A DNA stretch of 64,000 bases from Schmidtea polychroa (lineage: Eukaryota). Positions 10,624 through 20,625 of this stretch are shown here, one piece after another. The first letter of the stretch is position 1, and each line of letters begins with the position of its first letter. The position numbers and the translations under genes are program-made. The stretch spans positions 744,001-808,000 of the forward strand of contig CM097885.1 in assembly GCA_044892525.1 (NCBI GenBank). Reading direction: 5' to 3'. The notes below the pieces were generated by a model. It made no database searches. It saw only the letters and a list, made by a program, of their open reading frames with translations, and was not told the origin of the DNA.

Positions 10624-11517
10624 ATGGTATATGAAGAAAGATTAGCACTTTTAAAAAAATTACAATCAGAACAAGATAAATATAATAAAAAAGATACAAC
10701 TCAACATGCTGAATCTATAATATTAAATGAGGTAATAACACAACAACAGGGGCCAACAATTAAAGCTATAAAAGAGTTGGAAGATTTCAATGAGCAAGCA
10801 AAATTTAAAGAGTTAGAAGATAAAAAACAAAAAATAAAAGAACTAGAGTGGCAGGAAAAAGAAAAAGAATCCACTGAAAATCATCCTGAAAGTCATTCTG
10901 AAAGAAATCAAAGAAAACGCAGAAGAATTTCTAATGTGGAAGAAGAAGAAATGTTTTTTAAAACAAAACCTCTTAAAGTTGATCCTAAAATTAGAGATGA
11001 TTTACCTCCTTCAATTAGACCCACATTTAATACTAATACTGAAGGATATCAAATAATAACAATTTATAAACAAAACTTTACTTTATATTCAAATTCAGAA
11101 AATAAATCACGTATTCATTCACAAAATGTTTATAATAATGAATATTTAGACTTTGAATTTACAGATGATTTTTATAGATTACTTTGTGGATATTCTTCAG
11201 GTGATGTTGAAGAAATTAAAAAATATTTAAATTTAATAAGATTAATAAGAGCTAGTTCTAAAGCAAAATATATTCAAGATTTAAAGAATTATTTAAATAA
11301 AAATGAAAAGGGTTATGTTGTTACAGAGGGAGAGGGATTAATTAGTGAAGGTGGTAAACCAAATCCCATCAATCTTTTTATTGAATTAAGAAAACTATTA
11401 GCTGCAAGGAAAGCAGGACATAATAATTTAGATTCTGATATTTTAAAGATTTCTAAAGATTTGTTAAAACAAGGAATAATTTCAAAAGATAAATTTAATA
11501 AGTATACGAAGTTATAA
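10624..11517 (+). CDS. Conserved Polinton hypothetical protein (GEG ... LLAARKAGHNN C-terminal motif)
   Basis: 297-aa ORF with an AAAATG start; C-terminal motif of a type seen in Polinton core proteins; function unknown. Confidence 0.65.
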   Translation: MVYEERLALLKKLQSEQDKYNKKDTTQHAESIILNEVITQQQGPTIKAIKELEDFNEQAKFKELEDKKQKIKELEWQEKEKESTENHPESHSERNQRKRRRISNVEEEEMFFKTKPLKVDPKIRDDLPPSIRPTFNTNTEGYQIITIYKQNFTLYSNSENKSRIHSQNVYNNEYLDFEFTDDFYRLLCGYSSGDVEEIKKYLNLIRLIRASSKAKYIQDLKNYLNKNEKGYVVTEGEGLISEGGKPNPINLFIELRKLLAARKAGHNNLDSDILKISKDLLKQGIISKDKFNKYTKL

Positions 11518-11539
11518 ATACGAAGTTTTAAAATACAAA

Positions 11540-12004
11540 ATGACTCCTTCAATATTAGATTTTTTAAAAACATTTGGAATAAATGCAAAAACAAATTTTG
11601 ATTTAAAAGATTATGCAAATTATTTAAATTTAAAAATTAAAATATTAATGAATGATGAATTATCAAGTCTGGAGAGTCCCCTGAATATAATAATCAATTA
11701 TCAAAATTCAAATGAAAAAGGATCTCATTGGGTTTGTATATATAAGAAATCTATCTACTTTGATTCTTTTGGGATTAAACCTACTAAAGAAGTTGAAGAT
11801 TATCTCTTGAGGGGTTCTCCGATTGATTCCCCAAATGGTTATACTTTTAACTCTTTACAAGTTCAACCTTTGAATACTAAAATATGTGGTATTTTAAGTT
11901 TATATGTTTTGTATAGATTGAATAAGGGAGAGGGAAAGGGGCATACGCAGGATTTTGAATCTATAATTCAAGAAATTTATAATGATCTAGAATCTCTACT
12001 ATAA
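11540..12004 (+). CDS. Adenain-like maturation cysteine protease
   Basis: GSHWVC (His), YFDSFG (Asp), QVQPLNTKICG (Gln/Cys). Confidence 0.92.
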   Translation: MTPSILDFLKTFGINAKTNFDLKDYANYLNLKIKILMNDELSSLESPLNIIINYQNSNEKGSHWVCIYKKSIYFDSFGIKPTKEVEDYLLRGSPIDSPNGYTFNSLQVQPLNTKICGILSLYVLYRLNKGEGKGHTQDFESIIQEIYNDLESLL

Positions 12005-12073
12005 GGATTTTTACTATAAGGATTTTTACTATAAAGATTTTTACTATAAGGATTTTTACTATATGAATTTACT
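11998..12073. repeat. 15-bp tandem repeat (ATAAGGATTTTTACT) x~5
   Basis: Directly visible between the protease and penton genes. Confidence 0.9.
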
Positions 12074-12121
12074 ACTAAAGAAATGGAGCTTCACAACCCT
12101 CCGGAAGATAATTTAAAAAAA

Positions 12122-12847
12122 ATGGTAAACATAATGTAAGATAAATATTCAAGAACTTTATCTATAAATTCAAAAGAATCAGAGTTTACTATAAACTTTC
12201 AAGATTCAATTAAATTAGATCAAAATTTAAATTATGAATTGGGGCTATTATGGTTTTGTGCTTATAATACTATTTTTAATATAACTAAAGATAATAATAA
12301 ATTTACTATTCAAACTCGTGATGGGCATAAACCAGAAATTATAACAATAGAACCTGGGGCATATGAGATAAAAGATTTAAATGATATACTTTCTAAAAAA
12401 ACAAATGAAGGTATTAAAATTAAAATGGATATACCAACTTCAAAATGTGTAATGACTTTGAAGAATTTAAAAATTAGTTTTTTAGATAATTGTTTCTTTC
12501 ACACAGTTTTAGGATTTAAACCTATGGATATAACAATAAAAGAAGATAAAGTAATAACATCAGAAAATATTATAAAAATAATAAATACAAACCCAATAAA
12601 TATTCATTGTGATTGTATAACAGGTTCTTATAATAATGGTAAACAAACAAATGTTTTATATTCCTTTCCCTCAAACACAGTTCCTATGGGATATAAAATA
12701 GTTGAAAGAATGAATCCTCCAAATTATTTACCTTTATGTAGAAAATATATAATGGATATTAATTTTAAAATTCTTAATCAAGAAGGAGAATTGATTGATT
12801 TTAATGGAGAAGAGATTTCAATGTATTTACATTTGAAACAGGTTTGA
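12122..12847 (+). pseudogene. Minor capsid protein (penton) with an in-frame TAA at codon 6
   Basis: ATG at 12122 is in frame: MVNIM*DKYSRTLSINSKESEFTINFQDSIKLDQNLNYELGL...IHCDCITGSY...YLPL...NQEGELIDFNGE; stop at 12137-12139. Confidence 0.8.
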
Positions 12848-12871
12848 AGATTCATTTTAAATTATTAATAA

Positions 12872-13882
12872 ATGAGTTCTTATATTCCTTGTAATAGAGG
12901 TGGTGGAACAATAAAAACAGGGTTTAATACAGAAGAAATATTAACTTTAACAGAAAATAAATATATTAATGAAAGAGGTGATTCAATGAAGGGTGATTTA
13001 ATTTTAAATGGACACAAGATAAAAGAATTATCTTTTCCAACTGATGAAGCTGATGCAGTTAATAAGAAATATGTAGATGGTGTTAAAAAATATACTGATT
13101 TAACAACAACAAGAATTGAAAGTTCATTAACAACAAAAATTGATTCAATGGTATCAAAGCTTAATAATATCGAACAACGATTTAATGATAAATTTGACAA
13201 GTTACAAAGTCTGTTAACTGAACAAGTTGTAAAGTTAAATACTGCTATATTAAATTCTAAAGATAAACAAATTATGAATACTAAATTTAATACAATATAT
13301 AATATAATAAATGAGATGATTACATCATTTAATAAAAGAATTTCAAATTTAGAGTCTCATGGAACACACATTAACACCACACATAGTATTAGAAAAAGAG
13401 CTGCTGAATTAGAACAGAATAAAACATTATTACCCCATACATATAAACATTTTATAGAACCAAGTTTAATAACAACAAACAGTAAAGAATGGGGTGTTTT
13501 TATGGTTTTAAAAATTATTGATCCTTATTTCTTTTTGTTTGATGATGATAATGAAAGAATGAAATGGTTTGTGAAATGTGATTATAATAGTAAGCTTGAA
13601 AAGGGTGATGTTATAATGACTAGTTATGATTTACCACACGGAGATTGGTATGTTAATACTCATTCACATGGACTACATAAAGTTAAAAGTAAGAATATTC
13701 ATTTTTCTAGTTCACTTGTACAATATATAGATTTAATATTTTATGTAAAAAAGGTTGATGTTGATGAAGTTCGTAAAGCATTGAGAGAATTGTATAAAGA
13801 TATCCTCTCAACAAGAGTTTCTTTTGATATCCGAGCATTGGTGCCAGATGGTGCTCAGAAGAATAAAGTCTTATTTTTTTAA
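12872..13882 (+). CDS. Fibre/adhesin-like virion protein
   Basis: GDSMKGDLILNGHKIKEL..P....DAVNKKYVD tail-fibre/YadA-stalk-like motif, followed by a coiled coil and a globular C-terminus. Confidence 0.6.
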   Translation: MSSYIPCNRGGGTIKTGFNTEEILTLTENKYINERGDSMKGDLILNGHKIKELSFPTDEADAVNKKYVDGVKKYTDLTTTRIESSLTTKIDSMVSKLNNIEQRFNDKFDKLQSLLTEQVVKLNTAILNSKDKQIMNTKFNTIYNIINEMITSFNKRISNLESHGTHINTTHSIRKRAAELEQNKTLLPHTYKHFIEPSLITTNSKEWGVFMVLKIIDPYFFLFDDDNERMKWFVKCDYNSKLEKGDVIMTSYDLPHGDWYVNTHSHGLHKVKSKNIHFSSSLVQYIDLIFYVKKVDVDEVRKALRELYKDILSTRVSFDIRALVPDGAQKNKVLFF

Positions 13883-13890
13883 TTATTAAA

Positions 13891-14502
13891 ATGGAAGAAG
13901 TAAGAGAAGAAAAAATTTACCCCGAATTGAGATCATCAGGATATTATTCCGAAGGTCACAAAGGTTCCAAGGCCTCGGCTCCCACAGAACTTGAAATTAT
14001 GAGAGTAAAAGAATTTAAATCAGAAACCTTACATTTACAAGATTTATTAAAGCATTATAAAAAAATTAAAAATAGATGGAAGAAAGGGAATACAGTTTTA
14101 AAAGTTATAGGTTATTCTTTAGGATTTGCATCTGCAATATTAACAGTTATTTTACCCATAACTTTACCAGTTGTTACTCTTGCACCTGTAATACTTGGAA
14201 GTATTTCTGTGGCTGATGGTTTCTTAACTGAAATAGTTTCATTATCTTATACTTCTAAAAAGAAAAATTTATATAGAGAAGTTTGTTTATCAATAGAATT
14301 AGGAATCTCTAAATTATTTTTATTTCAATTAAAAGCTTTGGAAGATGGAATCCTGACAGACGAAGAAATAATGAAATCAAATCAAATAATACAAGATATA
14401 AAGAATGAGGTTATAAGATTAAAAAGGGAGGACATGGTGGCTAATGTTATAAGTAATAAAAAAACATCTCGAGAAAAATGGTTAAAGAATTCTTACTTAT
14501 AA
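13891..14502 (+). CDS. Membrane protein (possibly the adintovirus GasderminX-like family)
   Basis: Central hydrophobic hairpin and KALEDGILTDEE motif; family assignment from recall, not from a search. Confidence 0.55.
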   Translation: MEEVREEKIYPELRSSGYYSEGHKGSKASAPTELEIMRVKEFKSETLHLQDLLKHYKKIKNRWKKGNTVLKVIGYSLGFASAILTVILPITLPVVTLAPVILGSISVADGFLTEIVSLSYTSKKKNLYREVCLSIELGISKLFLFQLKALEDGILTDEEIMKSNQIIQDIKNEVIRLKREDMVANVISNKKTSREKWLKNSYL

Positions 14503-15298
14503 AATGGGTGTATTTTTAAAAAAGTAGATCAGGTTGCTATAGTTGCTTAAATTAATTGTCGACATTTTATTATTAAAAAATTAAATATCGTTGGTTTCAG
14601 TTATGGTTGAAAGTCAACCTATGAATCATTAATTTATGATCTTTAAATTCTTTATCACTTAGACCTTTTATATATTTAAGTTCTAAACATATAGGATTAA
14701 AAACTTGAGAATATAAAGGTTTCCCGATTTCTCTCTCGGGATAAATAATTTCAACATTATAAATATCAAGATCAGTAATCTTTGTATCATATAACTTATT
14801 CAACTTTTCTAGATTTTTTATTATAGGGACGAAGAAATAATGAAATCAAATCAAATAATACAAGATATAAAGAATGAGGTTATAAGATTAAAAAGGGAGG
14901 ACATGGTGGCTAATGTTATAAGTAATAAAAAAACATCTCGAGAAAAATGGTTAAAGAATTCTTACTTATAAAATGGGTGTATTTTTAAAAAAGTAGATCA
15001 GGTTGCTATAGTTGCTTAAATTAATTGTCGACATTTTATTATTAAAAAATTAAATATCGTTGGTTTCAGTTATGGTTGAAAGTCAACCTATGAATCATTA
15101 ATTTATGATCTTTAAATTCTTTATCACTTAGACCTTTTATATATTTAAGTTCTAAACATATAGGATTAAAAACTTGAGAATATAAAGGTTTCCCGATTTC
15201 TCTCTCGGGATAAATAATTTCAACATTATAAATATCAAGATCAGTAATCTTTGTATCATATAACTTATTCAACTTTTCTAGATTTTTTATTATAGGGA
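14359..15298. repeat. 469-bp tandem duplication spanning the convergent gene ends
   Basis: 14359-14829 repeated at 14828-15298 with a GA microhomology; explains the spurious ORF 14597..14803. Confidence 0.93.
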
Positions 15299-18200
15299 TT
15301 AAATTATTTCCAATAGGTAGAGTTGTCTTTAAATCACTTAGTATGAATCTTTTATCATCATAATTTGATAATGATACTTTTTGAGATTCTATCAAGTGAA
15401 TATCATGGTTTTCACTTTTAAGTTGATGTATTTCATCAATTTTATCTTTATGATTTGGATTCAATGTATCTATATAATCTTGATGAGAAAGATTCTTTGC
15501 CACCACTCTCTGTATTCCTTTACATCTGTTATCCTTTACAGGTTTTTCTTCTTTAGGAAATATAGGATATCTATGTGTAATGGTTTCTTCTGTTTCTGGA
15601 GTTTTAAATATAAATGATCTAGTTATAAATTCAGGGTTTCTAAATGTTTCGTATGAATATTGTTTAGCACGAATAAATATTCCATTTTCTATAGGAGTAA
15701 AAGGTTTTTCATCTTTAAACGAAAATAGTTCTCCAGATGAATTTATTAAATTTGAAAGTATAGGATTTTCTTTCATATCTTTTTGTAAATCATGAGTTCT
15801 TATTGTTAAAAACATTGAATCTGTATCCATTGCATGCATTGATATATTTGCTCCGTATATAGGTTGTAAGATGTTATAATATGTTTCATACATTTGTAAT
15901 TTTGAAAGTTCTAAAATTGTAAACCCTATAAATATTGGTTTGTTATATGTTTTCTCATAATTTTTTAATTCTACTGCAGTAAGATTTTCAGAAAATACTT
16001 GTGCGTTTTTAAATGTAGGCTTTCCTTGCATGCGATTATAACGCTTAATATCTTTGGTAGTATTTGTTAGGAGTTCAATATGAGTATATTTATCAACATT
16101 CTCCATTGTTTTCCCAAAGACTGAATTGTTTAAAATTTTATAATTATTATCTTTAAAAAGGTTACCTTCTCTTTTTGCAATGTTTCGACACCTAATGTTC
16201 TCCTCGATAAAAGCTTTCATGAATGGAGCTTGTTTAAATCTTATGACACTATGAACTTTTTTTAATATCATTCCTCGTGAGAGATAAAATTGGAGGAGTC
16301 TATAGTGACAAAGATAAAACCTTCGATCTGTTTGATCACAAAGAAGTTTCATTGTTGGAGGTTTATCTTGTGAGATTTGCCATTCAGAAAGTTCGTTGAT
16401 ATCAATCTTTCTTCTTATGGGAGCTAAAGGAAAATATCTTGTTCCTGATTTTATATCATCTGGATAGTCGAGGTCACATTCTATAAAGTAACCTATTGGA
16501 GAATCTTTCGATGTTGAAAGTATTTCTTTCATAAGGTTATCTGTTGGGTTCTCTATTTCAGTGAAATCACTCATTGGTAAATATTGAGTCATAATTCCTG
16601 AATATAAAGCTGTTGCATCTATATAAAGTATAAATATAGGATTTTTCATTGTTTCTAATAATTCTTTTAATTCCTCATTGTTAATTTTCATATATGGATC
16701 ATCAGGGTGTTTAGATAGTCTTCGGCTAGTAGTTATTGCATTTCTAGCTTTTATTTCTCTATTCCCCATTACTGAAGAGACTCCTCCTCTAATGTTTGTT
16801 TTAATTTGGTTAAACATATCGAGGTTAGTTAAAAGATCTATAATTTTATCAGCATCTTCTATATTTGAAGTCCAAATGGTATATAACATAGTATCCCAAG
16901 CTAAAGAGGGTGCAGTTATATAATTATAGGGTTTAAGAACAAAAGATTTTGTAAATTCTTCAAAGCAATCTGCTAGAATATAAACATCCAAGGATAAATA
17001 CATACTTGTATATTCTCCTAAAGTTTTACACTTGAATAATTCCCACATTTTATTTGCTCGAGAATATTCTTGATTTGTAATATGATTTTTTTGAAGTTGT
17101 GAATAGAAATCTTCTAGGCTAGGAAGACTTGTTTCATTATATCTTTCAAACGAGTCAACATAGTCATAAGGATATATTCCTTTTGCTAAACATGTAGGAT
17201 ATTCTTCTAGAGGAATATTATTTTTTTCCAAGAATTCTCCAGTGATTTTAAAATTTTCTGCTTTCATTGTTTTTGCTACTGCATCTAAAGACATTTGGAG
17301 AAAGTTTAACGAGTCTATAAATTTTAATTTTCCATATTCAATTGATTTATATTTTTCCTTTGTTAAGCCGATAACTTTGAAAGAGTTTTTAGCATTTGCT
17401 GCGAGGTGTTTAATAAATAGATGTATGTCATATCCAAAAAGATTATGAAATATAACAGGTATAAATTTAGGAGTATGGCAATTAAGATTGCAATTTTTAT
17501 GAGCTGCTCCTTGATAATTATTTTCCTTTTTTAAATGATCATGATCTATAACTTTTTCATCAGGAAGAATATTCTGTTTACACATCCAACAGTTGGAAGT
17601 ATTTTCATATTCTTGTTGTTGTTGATTAGAAATATTTTGAGGATACTTTGTTTTTAATATTTTAAATATTTCATGTTCTAGATCATTTATATTTTTAGTA
17701 AAATGATTCAAGACTTCTTCAGGGGTACCTCCTAGAATTGAATATTCTCTAGATTCTATGAGTTCAGGATAATTACTTTTAAATAATAATTTATAAGCAG
17801 ATGATAATTGATTAGTTTTTTTAACACTATTAGGTTTATTTCTTTTTCTTAGAAAGGCTTTCATCCTCTCTGGTTTCATCTTCTCTCCTGAGGAGTTCCA
17901 TGAATCCATGAGTTTATTTTTTTCTATTATTTTTAAATATTGATAAACCAAATCTTGTTTATGGTTTATAGATTCAAAGTCACCATAAAGAACTCCAACT
18001 GTTTGTAGTAAATTTGAAAAGTTTTTAAAATACATCTTGGGATTATTAGGCATTTTAATTAAAGCTGGATCATCTTTTTCACAAAATCTTGTATGTTTAA
18101 TCATAGAGTTTTTAGTTGTTGAATAATGAAGACATCTTTTACATGTTCCTCCTCCACTAGTTGGATTCTCTGGAGATGTAAAAGCTTGAAAGTTTTTTAT

Positions 18201-19346
18201 TAAAACATAATGTTGATTATTTTCTTGTTCCAAGATTAAAAGATATATCTCGTTGTCCTGTGCTCCGTTATCCTTGGTTCCACTATCTGAAATATAAATT
18301 GGAATAATTTCTTTCCCTATAACATGTTCATAAATATTAAGTTTAAGATTATTTAAACTTTCAAATTCTGGAATGTCTTCTAGTTTCATTGAGTGTTTGA
18401 ATCCTTTGGGAAATATTAATTCATTTTCATATTGTTTGTATTTTGAAACTCTTTGGGGATTTGTTGCTTGAGGATGTAAATGTGCAAGTATTGACCAGAT
18501 GAAACATTTGTTATCATTATTCTGTACATTTATAACATTTTTATATTTAAAGGGTGTAGGAATATAAGATTTAGGATTGGGTGGTAATCCTCTCCAATAA
18601 TCAATCACTAAAGTTTGGAAAGAGTTGAATACTAAGTTTGAATCTCCTAATTCATTTTCTACTTCCTCTTGTTTTGCTTCTGCTGCTTTAATTATTTCTT
18701 TGATGGTTTTATCAAATCCTTTAATTGAAAATAAATATTTAAAAGGTATTCCAATTTCAACATCTAAGGGTGTTGTCTTTTCTTCTGCTCCTCGCCAGTA
18801 TTTTGCTTTGATTATAATTTTATATTTTATAACATTATACCTTGTCGGTTTATAATTTTTTAAAGCTTCAGTGAAAGAATTTTTAATATTTTTTTTATTT
18901 TTATTTATATATTCTCCAGGAGTTGCAGGCCCATTAATTTTTAATTGAAATTCATCTATATGATTAAAATTATCCCAGTTATATTTTTCTCTTTCAACAT
19001 GATCAGGTTCTCCTTCTGAATGACATTCCTCATCGTCAGAATTTTGTTTTTTATTTTTACATTCTTTTATATGTTCTAAATAATAGAAATTTAGTTTTGT
19101 TGAAAAGTTACAATGAGGACATGTAAATATTTCTCTATTTTTCCCGATACAATTTTCAAAATGTTTATTATATCCAGAATGTAGAAATCTTCCTTGACAT
19201 TTAGGACAAAGTTTTGAATTTGTATCATTAAGATTATTTTCTTTTAATAAATGAGCTTTCGATTTTAAGTGAGAAATTAATCCAGTTTTATTTTTAAAAA
19301 CTTCATTTTTAGAAAAAAATTTTTTATTGGATACCCTGTTTTCATT
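15066..19346 (-). CDS. Protein-primed family B DNA polymerase with N-terminal zinc fingers and an endonuclease VII-like region
   Basis: YGDFE, FHNLFGYD, KGIYPYDY, YIDATALY, KILNNSVFGKT, MDTDS, KGI; my translation shows the frame stays open from 19346 (CPKC, CPHC fingers) with no in-frame ATG upstream of 18608. Confidence 0.93.
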   Translation of the reverse strand, partial: NENRVSNKKFFSKNEVFKNKTGLISHLKSKAHLLKENNLNDTNSKLCPKCQGRFLHSGYNKHFENCIGKNREIFTCPHCNFSTKLNFYYLEHIKECKNKKQNSDDEECHSEGEPDHVEREKYNWDNFNHIDEFQLKINGPATPGEYINKNKKNIKNSFTEALKNYKPTRYNVIKYKIIIKAKYWRGAEEKTTPLDVEIGIPFKYLFSIKGFDKTIKEIIKAAEAKQEEVENELGDSNLVFNSFQTLVIDYWRGLPPNPKSYIPTPFKYKNVINVQNNDNKCFIWSILAHLHPQATNPQRVSKYKQYENELIFPKGFKHSMKLEDIPEFESLNNLKLNIYEHVIGKEIIPIYISDSGTKDNGAQDNEIYLLILEQENNQHYVLIKNFQAFTSPENPTSGGGTCKRCLHYSTTKNSMIKHTRFCEKDDPALIKMPNNPKMYFKNFSNLLQTVGVLYGDFESINHKQDLVYQYLKIIEKNKLMDSWNSSGEKMKPERMKAFLRKRNKPNSVKKTNQLSSAYKLLFKSNYPELIESREYSILGGTPEEVLNHFTKNINDLEHEIFKILKTKYPQNISNQQQQEYENTSNCWMCKQNILPDEKVIDHDHLKKENNYQGAAHKNCNLNCHTPKFIPVIFHNLFGYDIHLFIKHLAANAKNSFKVIGLTKEKYKSIEYGKLKFIDSLNFLQMSLDAVAKTMKAENFKITGEFLEKNNIPLEEYPTCLAKGIYPYDYVDSFERYNETSLPSLEDFYSQLQKNHITNQEYSRANKMWELFKCKTLGEYTSMYLSLDVYILADCFEEFTKSFVLKPYNYITAPSLAWDTMLYTIWTSNIEDADKIIDLLTNLDMFNQIKTNIRGGVSSVMGNREIKARNAITTSRRLSKHPDDPYMKINNEELKELLETMKNPIFILYIDATALYSGIMTQYLPMSDFTEIENPTDNLMKEILSTSKDSPIGYFIECDLDYPDDIKSGTRYFPLAPIRRKIDINELSEWQISQDKPPTMKLLCDQTDRRFYLCHYRLLQFYLSRGMILKKVHSVIRFKQAPFMKAFIEENIRCRNIAKREGNLFKDNNYKILNNSVFGKTMENVDKYTHIELLTNTTKDIKRYNRMQGKPTFKNAQVFSENLTAVELKNYEKTYNKPIFIGFTILELSKLQMYETYYNILQPIYGANISMHAMDTDSMFLTIRTHDLQKDMKENPILSNLINSSGELFSFKDEKPFTPIENGIFIRAKQYSYETFRNPEFITRSFIFKTPETEETITHRYPIFPKEEKPVKDNRCKGIQRVVAKNLSHQDYIDTLNPNHKDKIDEIHQLKSENHDIHLIESQKVSLSNYDDKRFILSDLKTTLPIGNNLIPIIKNLEKLNKLYDTKITDLDIYNVEIIYPEREIGKPLYSQVFNPICLELKYIKGLSDKEFKDHKLMIHRLTFNHN

Positions 19347-19412
19347 TTATTTTTTAAGATTTATATTATTCATTTTTTATAATAAAAATTTAAAAAATGA
19401 CAAAAAATCCAA

Positions 19413-19484
19413 ACCTTGATGGCGCAGTGGGAATAAACTGACACAGTGGTTCAAAATGCTAGCGGTTCAAATCACATCTGAGGT
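19413..19484 (+). ncRNA. tRNA-like Pol III unit, diverged tandem copy just inside the right TIR
   Basis: TGGCGCAGTGG A-box, GGTTCAAATC B-box, T9 terminator; part of a ~215-bp tandem duplication with the 19627 unit. Confidence 0.6.
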
Positions 19485-19626
19485 TAGTTTTTTTTTCAAC
19501 ATAAAATAATATTGAAAATTGTGTGGGTATCTTATATTTATAAAGTACTTGTATATTTTATTTTATTTATTTTATTTTATTTTATTTTTTTATAAATTAA
19601 AAATTAAAAAAATGACAAAAATTCAA

Positions 19627-19698
19627 ACCTTGATGGCGCAGTGGGAATAGACTGGCACAGTGGTTCAAATGGATAGTGGTTCAAATCACATCTGAGGT
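19627..19698 (+). ncRNA. tRNA-like Pol III unit (right TIR copy)
   Basis: Identical to 5655-5726; A-box, B-box, oligo-T. Confidence 0.6.
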
Positions 19699-19876
19699 TA
19701 GTTTTTTTTCAACATAAAATAATATTAAAAATTTGAAAATAATATTGAAAATAGTGTGGGTATCTTATATTTATAAAGTACTTGTATATTTTATTTTATT
19801 TATTTTATTTTATTTTATTTTTTTATTAATTAATGATTTTTTAAACATAAATATGAAAAAAAAAATATTGAAACGG

Positions 19877-20246
19877 GTGATGGTGGCGAACCGGTAATTA
19901 TCGCCACCTGTCTTTCGAACACCCCCGGAACGATTCCGGTAATGTGCACATTTATTTCTCAGTTGTTTTCGGACCTCTTTCGGATTCGCTTTCGAATTCA
20001 TTTGTACTTTCGAGCAGCACACTTAAAACGCCGATGAAATCGTATTCGAGCGAGAAGCGAATAATAAGGTGTGCTGCTATTATCGAATTGATTCTGATGT
20101 ATGAGTCTGGCCAGCTTGTATATTGGAAGAGATTTGATAAACGAAAGAGGTTGAATAAAAAAAAAATGATCCGGATCAAAAAAAAACTGTTGAGAGGACA
20201 GTGAAAAAAAAAAAAAAAAAAACCACTGTCCTCTCAGAGCAGTTTT
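19877..20246 (+). ncRNA. Putative Pol III tRNA-Asp-headed structured RNA (right TIR copy)
   Basis: A-box 19884-19894; B-box variant GGAACGATTCC 19927-19937; stems 19973-19982/20142-20151, 20013-20022/20069-20078, 20043-20048/20058-20063, 20191-20203/20224-20236. Confidence 0.45.
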
Positions 20247-20625
20247 ACTATTTCATAAAATTTTTTATTTTTAAAACTTTCAAAACCTTAAGGTGATCAG
20301 GCGACCTAGATCATTATGAATTAGGTAATCTGATATTCTTATAATATTAAATCCTTATAACATTAAATCCTTAAGACCAAGTAGTGAGGAATCTATGCAC
20401 CCCGTTACCTTTTCTCGGAATTACTAATCTATAAATACATCTATTCCGAACTTTTTTACTTTTAAGGGAAGAAATTAAGGGTTAATGGCAATAGGGGACA
20501 AAGTTTAAAAGTTAAAAAAAGTGAAGAATATGGGGTAAAAAAGCATATAAATGTGGAAAATATGGGTCAATAGCGCTGTTTTTTTTTAGGGTGGGGGTGC
20601 TGGGGTGCATAGATTCCTCACTACT

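Larger units (their letters stand above)
4731..20625. mobile_element. Near-complete Polinton/Maverick (adintovirus-like) element, ~15.9 kb
   Basis: AGTAGT...ACTACT termini; ~1 kb TIRs; 6-bp TSD CCCGTC/CGCGTC (1 mismatch); full gene set MCP, integrase, ATPase, protease, penton, pPolB. Confidence 0.97.
19607..20625 (-). repeat. Right terminal inverted repeat of the Polinton
   Basis: Reverse complement of 4731-5746; contains the nested 246-bp unit 20380-20625. Confidence 0.95.

Noticed and set aside
14597..14803. Separate small gene
   Set aside because: It is the duplicated pPolB C-terminus from the 469-bp tandem duplication.
8723..18855. Antisense ORFs overlapping Polinton genes (e.g. 8723..9079, 11313..11618, 12880..13200, 15381-18855 plus strand)
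   Set aside because: Shadow ORFs of real genes with no independent motifs.
20030..20150. Hammerhead ribozyme (CCGATGA / CTGATG...CGAAA)
   Set aside because: Core is not CUGANGA with a proper stem II-GAAA-stem III arrangement.
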